A stretch of 64,000 nucleotides of DNA, from positions 128,001-192,000 of the forward strand of contig CAWDDT010000011.1 in NCBI GenBank assembly GCA_963801165.1, in the 5' to 3' direction. The stretch is from an uncultured bacterium. Lineage in GTDB: Bacteria > Actinomycetota > Acidimicrobiia > Spongiisociales > UBA5794. Of the stretch, positions 28,472-40,106 are shown one piece after another (positions within the stretch are counted from its first letter, which is position 1; each line of letters opens with the position of its first letter). The translations under genes and the position numbers were made by a program. Below the pieces are notes generated by a model. It was not told the DNA's origin, did not search any database, and worked only from the letters and a program-made list of their open reading frames with translations.

Positions 28472-28903
28472 TCAGCGGATGTCCATCGTGAACGTGTACG
28501 ACGTCTTGTTGCTCTCGAAACCGAGGCTTTTGTAGAAGGCGTGTGCGTCGTGACGAACCACGTTCGACCGCAATCGCACCTCCGTGTGCCCACGCTTGCC
28601 GCCCCAAGCAACCGCAGCATCCATCAGAGCCCTGCCGATACCGCTCCGGCGGACGTGATCGGCCACCACAAGACCACCGATCTCGAGGAATCGGGGGTAG
28701 ACGAGCAGCTCGACGTCGTGCGCCTGCACCCAGCCCGCCACCTGACCGTCGACAACGGCAACAAACGCTACGTCGGGCTCCCCGGCACCGGTGATCCACC
28801 GCTCGATCGCAGCCGGAGACCGCTCGTAGCCGAGCTGTCGGCACAGGTCGCTGAGTACCGGAGCATCCTCAACCACAGCAGAACGGATCTCGATGTCAGC
28901 CAC
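28472..28903 (-). CDS. GNAT acetyltransferase
   Basis: QLGY, LVV...RRSGIGRALM, AHAFYKSLGF. Confidence 0.88.
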   Translation of the reverse strand: MADIEIRSAVVEDAPVLSDLCRQLGYERSPAAIERWITGAGEPDVAFVAVVDGQVAGWVQAHDVELLVYPRFLEIGGLVVADHVRRSGIGRALMDAAVAWGGKRGHTEVRLRSNVVRHDAHAFYKSLGFESNKTSYTFTMDIR

Positions 28904-29402
28904 GGCCAGCACGCCTCATCCAGCGCCGCACTGCCACACCGAACGGCTCCTCTCGCTCCGTCAGCATCACCGATGCCCGCTCAGCGGAAGCATGGGCGCT
29001 CGTCACCAGGGCCGTCGGGTACTCGTACTTCACCTGGTGCTCGGCAAACTCGTCCTCGTCTAGAACCTCGACCGAACCATCGACTTTGCGTACCACGTCG
29101 AGATCGAGATCGACCTGCCGCACCGTGGCGTTGTTCCACTCCGGCGGGGTGCCGATGTTGACGTAGATCTCGTGCCATGGATGATCCCAGTAGTACTCGA
29201 CCATCCACCATTCCTCTTCGGGCACCAGACCGACAAAGCCGCTCCGTAGCTGCCGAGGTGGCTCATGGCCCCTCCGGGCAACCGTCTCCTCCGGCACGTA
29301 CAACCAGACGCCGTGCTCGTCGTCACCGAGACGCACGGCGTCGAACTGCCAGTGCAGTCCGTCCGGCCACTTCCGCTCGTCGACGTGCACTATCTCAACC
29401 AT
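28896..29402 (-). CDS. DUF402 (FomD-like) protein
   Basis: KWPDGLHW, YVNIGTP, VDLDLDV, DEDEF; TAGGCT 6 nt upstream of ATG. Confidence 0.85.
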   Translation of the reverse strand: MVEIVHVDERKWPDGLHWQFDAVRLGDDEHGVWLYVPEETVARRGHEPPRQLRSGFVGLVPEEEWWMVEYYWDHPWHEIYVNIGTPPEWNNATVRQVDLDLDVVRKVDGSVEVLDEDEFAEHQVKYEYPTALVTSAHASAERASVMLTEREEPFGVAVRRWMRRAGRG

Positions 29403-29546
29403 GTCCGGAGCCTAGGCCTGATACCCCTGCTGCTGGTCAGGCCGGGCAACGCGATGATGACGGTGAAGAATGCAAACAGCCGGCAGCCGGTCGAGTACGA
29501 CCTACAGTCGTCTGGTATGTCGTGCCGGCCAACATCTGAGCGCTGC

Positions 29547-30326
29547 TCAGACGCTGACCAACTTCGGCTCGGGTAACGTCGACACCACAGGACCGTCTTC
29601 GGTGATCAATACGGTGTGCTCCCAGTGCGCCGACAGCGCCCCGTCCTCGGTGACCACGGTCCAACCGTCGTCGAGCACGGCGGTCTCGGCTGTGCCGAGG
29701 TTGAACATCGGCTCGATGGCGATCGCCATTCCCACCTTCAGCTTGAGCCCGCGGCCCTTCTTCCCATAATTGGGCACGTCGGGTGCCTCGTGCATCTGAC
29801 GGCCGATCCCATGGCCGATGTATTCACGCACCACCCCGTATCCGTATGGTGCCGCGATTGCAGAGACGGCCGCACCGACGTCTCCGAGCCGGTTGCCCGC
29901 CCGAGCCGCGGCGATGCCCGCCCAGAGGCCCTGCTCGGTGACCTCGATCAGCTGCTTCGCCTCCGGGGACACGTCACCGATTGCCATGGTGAAGGCGGCG
30001 TCACCGTGCCACCCGTCGTAGATGGCACCGGCGTCGATGGAGAGGATATCGCCGTCGCGCAGCTTGTACTTGCCGGGAATCCCGTGGACGATCACCTCAT
30101 TCGGAGACGTGCAGATCGTCGCCGGGAACCCGTGGTAACCGAGAAAAGAGGATCGGCAATCAGCTTTACGTAACACCTCATGAGCGATGGCATCGAGCGC
30201 GAGCATCGTGACGCCCGGGACCGCGGCCTCTCGGACCGCGGCGTGCACGGCTGCCACGACCTTTCCTGCGGTCTTCATCTTCTCGAAGTCCGCCGCCGTC
30301 TTCATCGTCATGAAACGCCCGCTCAT
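29547..30326 (-). CDS. map: Methionine aminopeptidase
   Basis: SPNEVIVHGIP, HGD, GHGIG..MHEAP, IEPM, HWEHT. Confidence 0.97.
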   Translation of the reverse strand: MSGRFMTMKTAADFEKMKTAGKVVAAVHAAVREAAVPGVTMLALDAIAHEVLRKADCRSSFLGYHGFPATICTSPNEVIVHGIPGKYKLRDGDILSIDAGAIYDGWHGDAAFTMAIGDVSPEAKQLIEVTEQGLWAGIAAARAGNRLGDVGAAVSAIAAPYGYGVVREYIGHGIGRQMHEAPDVPNYGKKGRGLKLKVGMAIAIEPMFNLGTAETAVLDDGWTVVTEDGALSAHWEHTVLITEDGPVVSTLPEPKLVSV

Positions 30327-30892
30327 CAATCGACCGCCAATGCCAGTGCCACGCGGGCGAAGACCTCGTCGATCGCGCCGAGGCCGTCAACACGAAAAAC
30401 CTTACGGCCACCGTCGCGGTAATAGTCGGACAAGGGGGCGGTTTCCTCCCAGTAGATCGCCAGACGACGCGAGATCCCCTCTTCGGTGTCGTCGGCCCGA
30501 CCCTCGCGCTCGGCGCGCAGCAACATCCGCTCCATCAGCTCGTCGTGGGGAACGTCGAGCTGTACCAGACCGTCGAGCGGCGTGGCGAGGACCTCATCGA
30601 GCGCTCTGGCCTGGGCTACGTTGCGCGGGAAACCGTCGAGGATGTAGCCGCAGGCAGCGTCTTCCTGCGCCAGCCGCTCCCCGACCATTGCCACCACGAG
30701 GTCGTCTGGAACTAGATCGCCGGCCTGCATGATGGCATCCGCCTTCTTGCCGAGCTCGGTGGCGTCGGCAACCGCCTGCCGCAACATCTCACCCGTCGAG
30801 ATGTGCGGTACGCCCATGAGGCGGGCCAACCGCGATGCTTGTGTTCCCTTACCCGAGCCTTGTGGTCCAAGAAAAATGAGCCGGAGACCCAT
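30326..30892 (-). CDS. adk: Adenylate kinase (short LID)
   Basis: GPQGSGKGTQ, STGEMLR, LDGFPR, GRADD. Confidence 0.97.
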   Translation of the reverse strand: MGLRLIFLGPQGSGKGTQASRLARLMGVPHISTGEMLRQAVADATELGKKADAIMQAGDLVPDDLVVAMVGERLAQEDAACGYILDGFPRNVAQARALDEVLATPLDGLVQLDVPHDELMERMLLRAEREGRADDTEEGISRRLAIYWEETAPLSDYYRDGGRKVFRVDGLGAIDEVFARVALALAVD

Positions 30893-30951
30893 CGGTCACT
30901 CCTTCGTGAGTCGCGTGCCCACGATGTTAAAGCGCTCAGATCAGCCCGGAT

Positions 30952-32259
30952 CTAAGAGAGGAAGCCCTCGTAGTTGCGCATCATCAGCTGGCTCTCCACT
31001 TGTTTCATCGTCTCGAGCGCAACTCCGGACACGATCAGGATGGACACACCGCTCAGACCGACCGGGATCTTGAACATGTATCCCATCAGCGATGGCACGA
31101 TCGCTACGACCGCCAGATACAACGATCCGGGCAGCGTGATCCTGTTGAGGATGTGGGAGAGATGCTCCACCGTCGCCCGTCCGGGCCGGATGCCGGGGAT
31201 GAACCCGCCCTGCCGCTGGATCTGTTCGGCCTGTCGCTCCGGATCGAACTGGATGGCCGTGTAGAAGTAGGTGAAGAACACGACCAGGACGCCGAGCAGC
31301 GTTATGTACGGCAGCGTCGGCGACAACGCACCACCACCCCGCGACAGCAGGTTGTCGTTGATCCAGGTACGAACAGCGTCGCCCCAACCCGTCGCCGGCA
31401 GCGACGAGGCGACCAGTACGGGGAAGTACATGATCGATGTGGCGAAGATGACCGGGATAACGCCGGCCATGTTCACCTTGAGAGGGATGTAAGTGCTCTG
31501 GCCACCGAGGACCTTGCGACCGCGGACCCGGCGGGAGAACTGGATCGGGATGCGGCGCTGACCCTGGTCCATGAAGATGATTCCGACTGTCAACGCCAGC
31601 ATCACCAGAGCCACGAGAGTGAACTCAAAGGTGTTCGAGTTGGCGTACAGCAGCCCGAACTGGCTGGGGAGCCGGCTGACGATGCTGACGAAGATGATCA
31701 GCGACATGCCGTTGCCTACCCCGCGCTGGGTGATCAGCTCGCCCAGCCACATGATCATCGCGGTACCCGCGGTCATCGTGACGATGATCGTGAGCACGTT
31801 ACGCAGGCTGTAGTCGGGAACCAGGTCGATCCCGTTGAAGAACTGACCGCTGTGAAACAAGAAGGTGAAGCTGGTCGACTGGATGAGCGCGATCGCGACA
31901 GTGAGATAACGCGTCCACTGTGTGACCACCTTCCTGCCGGACTCGCCCTCGTCCTGAAGCGACTGCAGCTTGGGGATCACTACCGCCAGCAGCTGCATGA
32001 TGATCGACGACGTGATGTACGGCATGATGCCGAGCGAGAACACCGACAGGTTGCCGAGGGCGCCGCCGCTGAACAGGTTGAGCAGACCAAGGAATCCGTT
32101 TTGATCAGCGCTGTTGCGCAGGTTCGCAAGAGCTCCGAGATCGATGCCGGGCACCGGGACGGCGGCACCGAGACGGTAGATCGCAAAGACCATCAACGTG
32201 AACAGGATCTTGTTGCGAAGATCCTTGATCCGGAACATGTTGCGGAAAACTGACAGCAT
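30952..32259 (-). CDS. secY: Preprotein translocase SecY
   Basis: LGIMPYITSSII, GVGNGMSL, FIPGIRPG. Confidence 0.98.
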   Translation of the reverse strand: MLSVFRNMFRIKDLRNKILFTLMVFAIYRLGAAVPVPGIDLGALANLRNSADQNGFLGLLNLFSGGALGNLSVFSLGIMPYITSSIIMQLLAVVIPKLQSLQDEGESGRKVVTQWTRYLTVAIALIQSTSFTFLFHSGQFFNGIDLVPDYSLRNVLTIIVTMTAGTAMIMWLGELITQRGVGNGMSLIIFVSIVSRLPSQFGLLYANSNTFEFTLVALVMLALTVGIIFMDQGQRRIPIQFSRRVRGRKVLGGQSTYIPLKVNMAGVIPVIFATSIMYFPVLVASSLPATGWGDAVRTWINDNLLSRGGGALSPTLPYITLLGVLVVFFTYFYTAIQFDPERQAEQIQRQGGFIPGIRPGRATVEHLSHILNRITLPGSLYLAVVAIVPSLMGYMFKIPVGLSGVSILIVSGVALETMKQVESQLMMRNYEGFLS

Positions 32260-32311
32260 TTTCGGTTACCTCGGGAACTTCGTCACCTGGGGACGATAGT
32301 GGTTGGGGTGG

Positions 32312-32749
32312 CTACTCGACGACCTGGGTGGCGCCACCGGCGGCCTTGATCTTCTCGACGGCGCCCAGGCTGAACGAATGGGCGTGCACGGTCAGGGCAC
32401 GGTCGATCTCGCCCTCACCGAGAATCTTGATGAGACCCCGCTTCTTGGCGAGCCCCCGTTCTCTGAGGTCGTCGGGGGTCACGGTTGCTCCGCTGTCGAA
32501 CACGTTGAGACGGTCGACGTTGACGACGGCGTACACGTCCTTGTTCCGGCTCTTGAAGCCCTTGAGCTTCGGCATACGCCGCTGCATCGGCATCTGGCCG
32601 CCCTCGAAACCGGGACGAACCTTGCTCCGCGCCTTCTGACCTTTGGTGCCGCGCCCGGCCGTCTTGCCCCGCCTACCGGCTTCACCACGCCCGACGCGGA
32701 TCTTTTTCTGTTTTGAGCCCTCGGCGGGTCTCAAATGGTGCAGTTTCAT
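32312..32749 (-). CDS. rplO: 50S ribosomal protein L15
   Basis: GKTAGRGTKGQKAR, FEGGQMP. Confidence 0.98.
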   Translation of the reverse strand: MKLHHLRPAEGSKQKKIRVGRGEAGRRGKTAGRGTKGQKARSKVRPGFEGGQMPMQRRMPKLKGFKSRNKDVYAVVNVDRLNVFDSGATVTPDDLRERGLAKKRGLIKILGEGEIDRALTVHAHSFSLGAVEKIKAAGGATQVVE

Positions 32750-32931
32750 CAGACTTCCTCCACATCGAGCAGATGCCGAGCGCGATAGATCAACCCGCGC
32801 ACATCCAGCGTGTCGGGACGCTCAACGGACTGCCGGATCTTCCGCAGACCCAATGTCTCGACAGTTGCCCTCGTCTTGGGCTTCTCGCCGATGGTGCTCT
32901 TCACCAGGGTGATCTTGAGTGTCTTCGCCAT
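32749..32931 (-). CDS. rpmD: 50S ribosomal protein L30
   Basis: LKITLVKSTIG, LGLRKI; position in spc operon. Confidence 0.96.
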   Translation of the reverse strand: MAKTLKITLVKSTIGEKPKTRATVETLGLRKIRQSVERPDTLDVRGLIYRARHLLDVEEV

Positions 32932-33557
32932 CAGCCTTTACCTACCTCGGTCCTCATCAGCTCGGCGGAGTTGTAGGCAGCCAGCAGCGCCGGCGGGAAG
33001 ATCTCCTCGGCTCGCTTGCCGCGTGCCCTGGCAACCACGTCGGGACGCTGCTGACCTAGCAGCGCCTTCATGGTGGCCCGAGCAACGTTGATGTGCGTCG
33101 GCGAACCTTGCGACTTGGCAAGCACGTTGTGGATGCCTGCGGCCTCGAGGATCTGACGCACCGCACCGCCGGCGATGACGCCGGTGCCCGGTGCCGCCGG
33201 TTTGAGTAACACCCGGGAAGCTCCGTGCACACCCGTGATCGTGTGGATGATCGTCTGGCCCGCCATGGGCACGGGAACCATCTCCTTGCGGGCAAGCTCC
33301 ATACCTTTCTGGATTGCTGCCGGGACCTCTTTGGCCTTGCCGTAGCCGATACCGACCCGGCCCTTACCGTCACCAACTGTCACGAGAGCGGTGAACGAGA
33401 AACGACGACCACCCTTCACGACCTTGGCTACACGGTTGATCGCAATGACGCGCTCATCGAACTCCGGTACCTCCCGGGCTCGCTCGCGTCGCCGACCACC
33501 CTGATCGCCGCGACGGTCCTGGCTGCGACCGCCGCCATGTGGATTCTGTGTCGTCAC
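32931..33557 (-). CDS. rpsE: 30S ribosomal protein S5
   Basis: [23 protein letters not shown]. Confidence 0.98.
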   Translation of the reverse strand: MTTQNPHGGGRSQDRRGDQGGRRRERAREVPEFDERVIAINRVAKVVKGGRRFSFTALVTVGDGKGRVGIGYGKAKEVPAAIQKGMELARKEMVPVPMAGQTIIHTITGVHGASRVLLKPAAPGTGVIAGGAVRQILEAAGIHNVLAKSQGSPTHINVARATMKALLGQQRPDVVARARGKRAEEIFPPALLAAYNSAELMRTEVGKG

Positions 33558-33577
33558 CGCTTTCTCCTGTATCTGCG

Positions 33578-33931
33578 TCAGAACTTCAGGCCGCCCTCGC
33601 GGGCGGCATCGGCCAGGGCTTTGACCCGGCCGTGATAGGGAAAACCACCGCGGTCGAATACAACCGCCTCCACACCCGCGTCTCCGGCGCGTGCGGCGAT
33701 CAGCTTGCCGACCTCGGCAGCCGTATCAGTGGACAAAGTCTTGCTGCGCAGCTTCTTCTCCTGTGAAGACGCTGCTGCCAAAGTACGGCCGGCGTCATCG
33801 TCGATGACCTGGGCGTAGATGTACCGATTCGAGCGATACACCGCCAGCCGGGGACGCTGGCCACTTCCGTTGACTTGCTTGCGCACTCGCTCGTGACGAC
33901 GCCGTCGTGCGTCGGCCCTCGTGCCTCTCAT
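33578..33931 (-). CDS. rplR: 50S ribosomal protein L18
   Basis: [20 protein letters not shown]. Confidence 0.98.
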   Translation of the reverse strand: MRGTRADARRRRHERVRKQVNGSGQRPRLAVYRSNRYIYAQVIDDDAGRTLAAASSQEKKLRSKTLSTDTAAEVGKLIAARAGDAGVEAVVFDRGGFPYHGRVKALADAAREGGLKF

Positions 33932-34470
33932 CCTGAGACTCCTGCCTTGCCTGCCTTGCGCCGCACCTGTTCACCGGCGTAGCGAATGCCCTTGCCTTTG
34001 TACGGCTCGGGGGGGCGTACCCTGCGGATGTCCGCAGCGACCTGCCCCACCAGCTGTTTGTCGATCCCGGTCACGGTGATCTTGGTGTTCTCCGGCACCT
34101 GGAACTCGATCCCTTCCGGGGGCTCGACGAGCACCGGGTGCGAGAACCCAACGAGCAGCTCGAGTGCCGTACCCTTGAGCGACGCGCGATAGCCGACGCC
34201 AATCATCTCGAGGTTCTTCTGATAGCCCTCGGATACGCCGACGACCATGTTGTTGAGCAGCGCCCGGCTGAGACCGTGCAGTGCCCGGGTCTCCCGCTCG
34301 TCGTTCTGGCGTGCGACCTCTACTCGCCCCTCGCCCACATTGAACGAGATGCGCGAGTCGAACGTGCGCTCCAGGCTGCCTTTAGCCCCCTTCACGGAAA
34401 CGTCGGAGCCGCTGACCGCGATCTCGACGCCGCCGGGGATCGGCACGGGATTGTTACCTATACGGCTCAT
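33928..34470 (-). CDS. rplF: 50S ribosomal protein L6
   Basis: [19 protein letters not shown]. Confidence 0.98.
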   Translation of the reverse strand: MSRIGNNPVPIPGGVEIAVSGSDVSVKGAKGSLERTFDSRISFNVGEGRVEVARQNDERETRALHGLSRALLNNMVVGVSEGYQKNLEMIGVGYRASLKGTALELLVGFSHPVLVEPPEGIEFQVPENTKITVTGIDKQLVGQVAADIRRVRPPEPYKGKGIRYAGEQVRRKAGKAGVSG

Positions 34471-34473
34471 ACG

Positions 34474-34872
34474 TCACCAAACCTCACAGAGGACCTCGCC
34501 ACCGACGTTGCGCCGGCGTGCCTCTCTATCGGTGAGCAAGCCCTCTGACGTCGAGACGATCGACACCCCGATACCGCCGCGCACTCGCTCGAGGTCCTTG
34601 GCGCCCTTGTAGATGCGGTGCCCGGGGGTGGAGATGCGGCGGATACCCTGGATGACACGATCGCGGTTGTTGTTCACGTACCGCAACGTCATCGTGAGCT
34701 CCTTGCCCACCCTGGCTTCCTCGACCTTGAAGCTGTCCACGAAGCCCTCGGAGGCAAGGATCTTGGCGATCTCCTCCTTGAGCTTCGACGACGGCATCGA
34801 TACCTGCGGGTGCAAAGCCATGTTGGCGTTGCGCACCCGGGTCAGCATGTCGGCGATCGGATCAGTATTCAT
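34474..34872 (-). CDS. rpsH: 30S ribosomal protein S8
   Basis: [22 protein letters not shown]. Confidence 0.98.
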   Translation of the reverse strand: MNTDPIADMLTRVRNANMALHPQVSMPSSKLKEEIAKILASEGFVDSFKVEEARVGKELTMTLRYVNNNRDRVIQGIRRISTPGHRIYKGAKDLERVRGGIGVSIVSTSEGLLTDREARRRNVGGEVLCEVW

Positions 34873-35057
34873 TACCAGGAGGCCTTTCTGACTCCGGGGA
34901 GCTCGCCGCGATGGGCCAGCTCACGAACGCAAATGCGGCACATCCCGAACTTGCGCATGTACGCACGAGGGCGACCGCAACGCCGGCAACGGCTGTAGGC
35001 GCGCACCTCGAACTTCGGCTTGCGTTTGGCCTTGGCGATCATCGACTTCTTCGCCAT
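34872..35057 (-). CDS. rpsN: 30S ribosomal protein S14 (Zn type)
   Basis: RCRRCGR...[13 protein letters not shown]. Confidence 0.97.
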   Translation of the reverse strand: MAKKSMIAKAKRKPKFEVRAYSRCRRCGRPRAYMRKFGMCRICVRELAHRGELPGVRKASW

Positions 35058-35614
35058 CACACACCTGCCTGTTGCTTACGGAACGGGAATCCGAACGCGT
35101 CGAGCAAGGCCTTGCCCTGCTCGTCGTTCTCGGCAGACGTCACAAACGTGATGTCCATGCCACGTACCTTCTGGACACTGTCATAGTTGATCTCAGGAAA
35201 TATCAGCTGCTCGTCGACGCCGAAGCTGTAGTTGCCGCGACCATCAAAACCTTTCGGGCTCAGCCCGCGAAAGTCACGGATCCGGGGAATCGCTGCCGAC
35301 ACGAGCCGATCGAAGAACTCCCACATGCGCGCACCGCGCAGGGTCACCGACGCGCCGACAGGAAGACCCTCACGCAGCTTGAAGTTGGCGATGGACTTCC
35401 GGGCTTTGCTCACCTTGGGGTGCTGCCCGGTGATGATTCGAAGATCCTCGACGGCACCGTTGATCAGCTTGCCATCCTGGACGACGTCGCCGACACCCAT
35501 ATTGACAACGATCTTCTGCAAGTGCGGCACCTGCATCACATTGCTGACACCGAGCTGCTTTTGCAGCGCGTCGCGGATCTCCTTGTCGTACTTCTCCTTG
35601 AGCCTGGGAATCAT
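35057..35614 (-). CDS. rplE: 50S ribosomal protein L5
   Basis: [21 protein letters not shown]; start ATG 35614. Confidence 0.98.
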   Translation of the reverse strand: MIPRLKEKYDKEIRDALQKQLGVSNVMQVPHLQKIVVNMGVGDVVQDGKLINGAVEDLRIITGQHPKVSKARKSIANFKLREGLPVGASVTLRGARMWEFFDRLVSAAIPRIRDFRGLSPKGFDGRGNYSFGVDEQLIFPEINYDSVQKVRGMDITFVTSAENDEQGKALLDAFGFPFRKQQAGV

Positions 35615-35919
35615 CCGAGGTCTCCCCCACACTTGCGGCAGACCCGGTACTTGACGCCGTCTGCGTCGTTCCGGACGCCGATCTTGGTAGGGCCACAGTC
35701 CGGGCACACGATCATGACGTTGGAGACGTCGATCGGCATGTCCTTGTCGATGATGCCGCCCTGCATCGTCTGGCCCTGAGGACGTTGGTGGCGTTTGGCG
35801 GTGGCAACACCCTCGACGATCACACGGTTCTTGCGCGGGATCACCCGGGCGATCTTGCTCTCCGTGCCCTTGTCCTTGCCTGCGATCACCTTCACGGTGT
35901 CACCGGTCTTGAGCTTCAT
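35611..35919 (-). CDS. rplX: 50S ribosomal protein L24
   Basis: [16 protein letters not shown] motif. Confidence 0.97.
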   Translation of the reverse strand: MKLKTGDTVKVIAGKDKGTESKIARVIPRKNRVIVEGVATAKRHQRPQGQTMQGGIIDKDMPIDVSNVMIVCPDCGPTKIGVRNDADGVKYRVCRKCGGDLG

Positions 35920-36287
35920 CACAGCACCTCCGGAGCCATCGAGACGATTCGCATGAACTGCTTGTCACGCAACTCGCGGCCGACCGGGCCGAAGATACGG
36001 GTGCCCCTGGCCTGCTGCTGGTCGTTGATGATCACACAGGCGTTGTCGTCAAATCGTATGTAGGTTCCGTCCTTGCGGCGACTCTCCTTGCGAGTGCGCA
36101 CAACGACGGCCTTGACCACGTCACCCTTCTTGACCCCACCGCCCGGTATGGCGTCCTTGACGGTGCCGACGATGATGTCGCCGAGACCGGCGTAGCGGCG
36201 CGATGAGCCACCCAGCACGCGGATGCACAGCAGCTCGCGGGCGCCGCTGTTGTCCGCGACCTTGAGTCGCGTTTCTTGCTGAATCAT
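35919..36287 (-). CDS. rplN: 50S ribosomal protein L14
   Basis: [15 protein letters not shown]. Confidence 0.98.
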   Translation of the reverse strand: MIQQETRLKVADNSGARELLCIRVLGGSSRRYAGLGDIIVGTVKDAIPGGGVKKGDVVKAVVVRTRKESRRKDGTYIRFDDNACVIINDQQQARGTRIFGPVGRELRDKQFMRIVSMAPEVL

Positions 36288-36541
36288 CGGGCTCTCTCCA
36301 CAACTTCGCTGACACGCCAGCGCTTCGTCTTCGACATGGGTCGGGTTTCTACGATCCGGACGGTGTCACCGAGGTGCGCATCATTCAGCTCGTCGTGAGC
36401 ATGGAATTTCTTGCGCACCCGAACCGTCTTGCCGTATCTCGGGTGAGTCTTGGACTCGACGATCTCTACGGTAACCGTCTTGTCCCGTACATCGGAAATC
36501 ACGACACCGGTTCTGATCTTCCTACGGGCACGTTCTGTCAT
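36284..36541 (-). CDS. rpsQ: 30S ribosomal protein S17
   Basis: [17 protein letters not shown]. Confidence 0.97.
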   Translation of the reverse strand: MTERARRKIRTGVVISDVRDKTVTVEIVESKTHPRYGKTVRVRKKFHAHDELNDAHLGDTVRIVETRPMSKTKRWRVSEVVERAR

Positions 36542-36759
36542 CACGCTTCCTCCTGGAGGTTCTCCCAGGCAGCGATCTCCTGTTCACGGAGGACCGTGCT
36601 GATTCTGGCGACCTCACGCCTCACCTGGCGGAGCCGGGCGGTGTTATCGAGTTGGTTGGTTGCCAGCTGGAATCGCAGGTTGAACATCTCTTCCTTGGCT
36701 TCGTTGAGCTTCTCGGCCAGCTCGGCCGAGTCCAGATCTCGGAGTTCGAACGCCTTCAT
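36541..36759 (-). CDS. rpmC: 50S ribosomal protein L29
   Basis: [17 protein letters not shown]. Confidence 0.96.
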   Translation of the reverse strand: MKAFELRDLDSAELAEKLNEAKEEMFNLRFQLATNQLDNTARLRQVRREVARISTVLREQEIAAWENLQEEA

Positions 36760-37169
36760 CAATCCTCCCGGGTCACGAACTTGGTCTTTATCGGGAGCTT
36801 GTTCCCGGCGAGCCGCATTGCTTCACGAGCCAGGTCCTCTTCGACACCGGCCAGCTCGAACATGACACGCCCCGGCTTGATGACGGCAACCCAGTATTCA
36901 GGATTCCCTTTTCCGGATCCCATTCGGGTCTCTGCAGGCTTCTCGGTTACCGGCTTGTCGGGGAAGATGTTGATCCATACCTTCCCGCCACGCTTGATCT
37001 TCCGGGTCATGGCGACACGAGCTGCCTCGATCTGACGGGCCGTGATCCAGCCCGGCTCTTGCGCCTGCAGACCGAACTCGCCGAAGGTGACGCGGGTGCC
37101 ACCCTTGGCCTTTCCGGCCATCCGGCCCTTCTGGACCTTGCGGTACTTGGTGCGCTTGGGCATCAGCAT
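36759..37169 (-). CDS. rplP: 50S ribosomal protein L16
   Basis: [18 protein letters not shown]. Confidence 0.98.
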   Translation of the reverse strand: MLMPKRTKYRKVQKGRMAGKAKGGTRVTFGEFGLQAQEPGWITARQIEAARVAMTRKIKRGGKVWINIFPDKPVTEKPAETRMGSGKGNPEYWVAVIKPGRVMFELAGVEEDLAREAMRLAGNKLPIKTKFVTRED

Positions 37170-38347
37170 CAGTCGTCACCCCCCTGATCGTCGGCGACGT
37201 CTTCGGGCTTCGAGTCATCGGCAGCCGCTTCGGGCTTCGAGTCGTCAGCGGCCGCTTCGGGCTTCGAGTCGTCAGCGGCCGCTTCGCCGGACGCGGCATC
37301 CTCTACAGCCTCGGTGACCGGCTCGGTCTTCGCCTCGACTACCTCGACCACCTCGGCACCGGCTTCGACCGTCTCGACCGCCTCGGCGCCGGCGCCGGTA
37401 TCGGTGACTTCTTCGGTGGCGACAGCCGCTGTCTCATCGGCGAGGACATCTTCGGCATCGGAGCGAGCCATCTCGAAAGCGTCCCTGGCGTCGCTCGTCG
37501 TCATGGTGTCGTCGCCATCCTCGGAGCGCTTGCCCCGCCGCTTGCCACCACCGGCCTCGATAAGACGCTTGCCCCCACCGGCCTCGATGATGCGGCGTTG
37601 CTTGCCACCACCGGCCGCTTCTTCGGCACGAGACTTGGCGGACTTGCGTCGGCGCGCCGACGGGCCGCCCGCGGCGAGCCGCGCCTCGGCCTCGATCTTC
37701 TCGCGATTCGCTGCCAGCGACGGGATGACCTCACCCTTGTAGACCCATACCTTGACGCCGATGGCGCCGACGGCGGTGCGCGCAGTCGCCTGCCCGTAGT
37801 CGATATCGGCACGGAGGGTATGGAGCGGAACCCGTCCTTCCAGGTACCACTCGCGTCTACCCATGTCGGCGCCGCCAAGACGACCTGCCGCCTGCACCCT
37901 TACCCCTTCAGCGCCGGCCTTGAGCGCGGTGGATACGGCGCGCTTCATCGCCCGACGGAACGAGACGCGTCCCTCGAGCTGATCGGCAACGCTGCGGGCG
38001 AGCAGCGTGGCGTCGGTCTCGGCGTTCTGCACCTCGTTGACGTTGAACTTGACGATCTTCCGGGTCAGCTTCTCGAGCCCGGCACGAAGCCGTTCGGCCT
38101 CAGAGCCGCCACGTCCGATGACGACACCGGGGCGGGCGGTATGTATGTCGACCTGAACCTTCTTGTCACCGATGCGCTCGATGTCGATACGGGACACAGC
38201 GCCACGCCGGAGCTCGTTCTGCAGGTATTTGCGAATGTCCCAGTCTTCGTTGACGTGATCGGCGTAGTCGATATCCGAGTACCAGCGCGACTTCCAGTCG
38301 GTGACGATGCCCAGGCGGAAGCCGTATGGGTGTACTTTCTGGCCCAT
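37169..38347 (-). CDS. rpsC: 30S ribosomal protein S3 with long C-terminal extension
   Basis: [27 protein letters not shown]; about 185 extra C-terminal residues. Confidence 0.97.
   Translation of the reverse strand: MGQKVHPYGFRLGIVTDWKSRWYSDIDYADHVNEDWDIRKYLQNELRRGAVSRIDIERIGDKKVQVDIHTARPGVVIGRGGSEAERLRAGLEKLTRKIVKFNVNEVQNAETDATLLARSVADQLEGRVSFRRAMKRAVSTALKAGAEGVRVQAAGRLGGADMGRREWYLEGRVPLHTLRADIDYGQATARTAVGAIGVKVWVYKGEVIPSLAANREKIEAEARLAAGGPSARRRKSAKSRAEEAAGGGKQRRIIEAGGGKRLIEAGGGKRRGKRSEDGDDTMTTSDARDAFEMARSDAEDVLADETAAVATEEVTDTGAGAEAVETVEAGAEVVEVVEAKTEPVTEAVEDAASGEAAADDSKPEAAADDSKPEAAADDSKPEDVADDQGGDD
37202..37285 (-). repeat. 3x 27-bp in-frame repeat (EAAADDSKP) in the rpsC tail
   Basis: Direct reading. 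Confidence 0.9.
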
Positions 38348-38703
38348 CAGGCGTCCTCTCCTTCGAATTCCTCGTCGTCGGCCACCACAATGGTGATGTG
38401 GCTTGTTCGTTTGTTGATCCGTGTAGCACGACCACGGGCACGGGGGCGCCAGCGCTTCAAGGTCGGTCCCTCATCTGCGTATGCCTCGGCAACAAACAGC
38501 TCCTCGGCATCAAGCGCCAGGTTGTGCTCTGCGTTGGCGACGGCAGACTCGAGCACCTTCTTGATCGTGGGTGCCGCACGCCGGTTCGTAAAATCGAGTG
38601 TCGCCCTGGCCTCATCCACCGGCATGCCGCGCACGAGATCAAGGACGCGACGCACCTTGTATGGCGATTGCCGCACGTATTTTGCTTGCGCCCGAGCCTT
38701 CAT
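38347..38703 (-). CDS. rplV: 50S ribosomal protein L22
   Basis: [21 protein letters not shown]. Confidence 0.98.
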   Translation of the reverse strand: MKARAQAKYVRQSPYKVRRVLDLVRGMPVDEARATLDFTNRRAAPTIKKVLESAVANAEHNLALDAEELFVAEAYADEGPTLKRWRPRARGRATRINKRTSHITIVVADDEEFEGEDA

Positions 38704-38978
38704 CGTCTCCTCGCCGACTTGTCACCAGAATGGCCGCGGAAGGTGCGCGTTTGGGCAAACTCGCCCAACTTGTGCCCAACCATCGATTCGCTGACATAGA
38801 CCGGCACGTGCTTGCGGCCGTCGTGCACCGCGATGGTGTGGCCCACCATCTCCGGTGTGATGGTGGAACGCCGGCTCCACGTCCGGATTACTTTCTTCTC
38901 ACCTCTGGCGTTCGCCGCTTCGACCTTCTTCATGAGATGGTCGTCGACGAACGGGCCCTTCTTCAAAGATCGAGCCAT
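38700..38978 (-). CDS. rpsS: 30S ribosomal protein S19
   Basis: [21 protein letters not shown]. Confidence 0.98.
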   Translation of the reverse strand: MARSLKKGPFVDDHLMKKVEAANARGEKKVIRTWSRRSTITPEMVGHTIAVHDGRKHVPVYVSESMVGHKLGEFAQTRTFRGHSGDKSARRR

Positions 38979-38980
38979 GT

Positions 38981-39814
38981 TTATCTCCGACCCTTCTTGG
39001 TCCTGCGGCGGACGATGTACTTATCGCTTGCCTTGTTCTTCTTGCGGGTCCGGCCCTCCGGCTTGCCCCATGGGCTGACCGGGTGACGCCCACCCGAGCT
39101 ACGGCCCTCTCCACCACCGAGCGGATGATCGACCGGGTTCATGGCGACACCACGCGATTGGGGGCGATTGCCTTTCCACCGGCTGCGCCCGGCCTTCCCG
39201 AGCTTCACCAGCTCGGCATCCTGGTTTCCGACCTGGCCAACGGTGCCACGGCAATCCAGCTCGACCTGCCGCATCTCGCCTGAGGGGAGGCGTAGCAACG
39301 CGTAGCCGCCTTCCTTGGACATCAGCTGGATGGCGGTACCTGCGGCCCGACCGAGCTTGGCCCCGCCTCCGGGACGGAGCTCGACGGCGTGGACCGTTGT
39401 GCCGGTGGGGATGTTGCGCAGCGCCAGAGCGTTCCCGGGTCGGATATCGGCCCCCGAACCGGATTCGACGATGTCGCCAACCTCGAGGCCGACCGGGCTC
39501 AGGATGTACCGCTTCTCACCATCGTGATAGTGGAGCAGTGCGATGCGGGCGTTGCGGTTGGGGTCGTACTCGATCGAGGCAACAGTGGCGGGAACCCCGT
39601 CCTTGTTGCGCCGGAAATCAACGATACGATAACGACGCTTGTGACCGCCGCCGCGATGGCGCGAGGTTATGCGCCCGTAGGAGTTGCGGCCGGCCGAGCT
39701 CGGCTTCTTGGCGAGCAGGCTCTTCTCGGGTTTGCTCGTTGTGACGCTCTCGAAGTCGGAGACGGTCTGAAACCGGCGTCCCGGTGATGTCGGTTTTAGC
39801 TTCTTGACGCCCAT
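38981..39814 (-). CDS. rplB: 50S ribosomal protein L2
   Basis: [23 protein letters not shown]; start ATG 39814. Confidence 0.98.
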   Translation of the reverse strand: MGVKKLKPTSPGRRFQTVSDFESVTTSKPEKSLLAKKPSSAGRNSYGRITSRHRGGGHKRRYRIVDFRRNKDGVPATVASIEYDPNRNARIALLHYHDGEKRYILSPVGLEVGDIVESGSGADIRPGNALALRNIPTGTTVHAVELRPGGGAKLGRAAGTAIQLMSKEGGYALLRLPSGEMRQVELDCRGTVGQVGNQDAELVKLGKAGRSRWKGNRPQSRGVAMNPVDHPLGGGEGRSSGGRHPVSPWGKPEGRTRKKNKASDKYIVRRRTKKGRR

Positions 39815-39815
39815 G

Positions 39816-40106
39816 TCAGACCTCGAAGATGTCGATTGAATTGCCAACAGCGAGCGTGACCATGGCCCGCTTGGTGTCGGGGCGTCTGCCCGTCTTCCAA
39901 CCGGTCCGCTTCAGCTTGCCCTTACGGTTGATTGTGTTCACCTGGAGCACCTTGACGTCGAAGATGGACCCGATGGCCTGCTTGATCTCCGTCTTGTTGG
40001 CACGCTTGTCCACGACAAAGGTGTAGGTGTTGCTCTCCTGGATGAGGTCGTAGGACTTCTCGGAGACAACCGGTGCGAAGACGATGTCGCGCGGGTTCTT
40101 GCTCAT
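39816..40106 (-). CDS. rplW: 50S ribosomal protein L23
   Basis: PVVSEKS, ANKTEIK. Confidence 0.97.
   Translation of the reverse strand: MSKNPRDIVFAPVVSEKSYDLIQESNTYTFVVDKRANKTEIKQAIGSIFDVKVLQVNTINRKGKLKRTGWKTGRRPDTKRAMVTLAVGNSIDIFEV

Noticed and set aside
29403-29546. Hydrophobic reading frame (CRLFAFFTVIIALPGL) in the map-DUF402 spacer
   Set aside because: No plausible start codon or SD in that frame.
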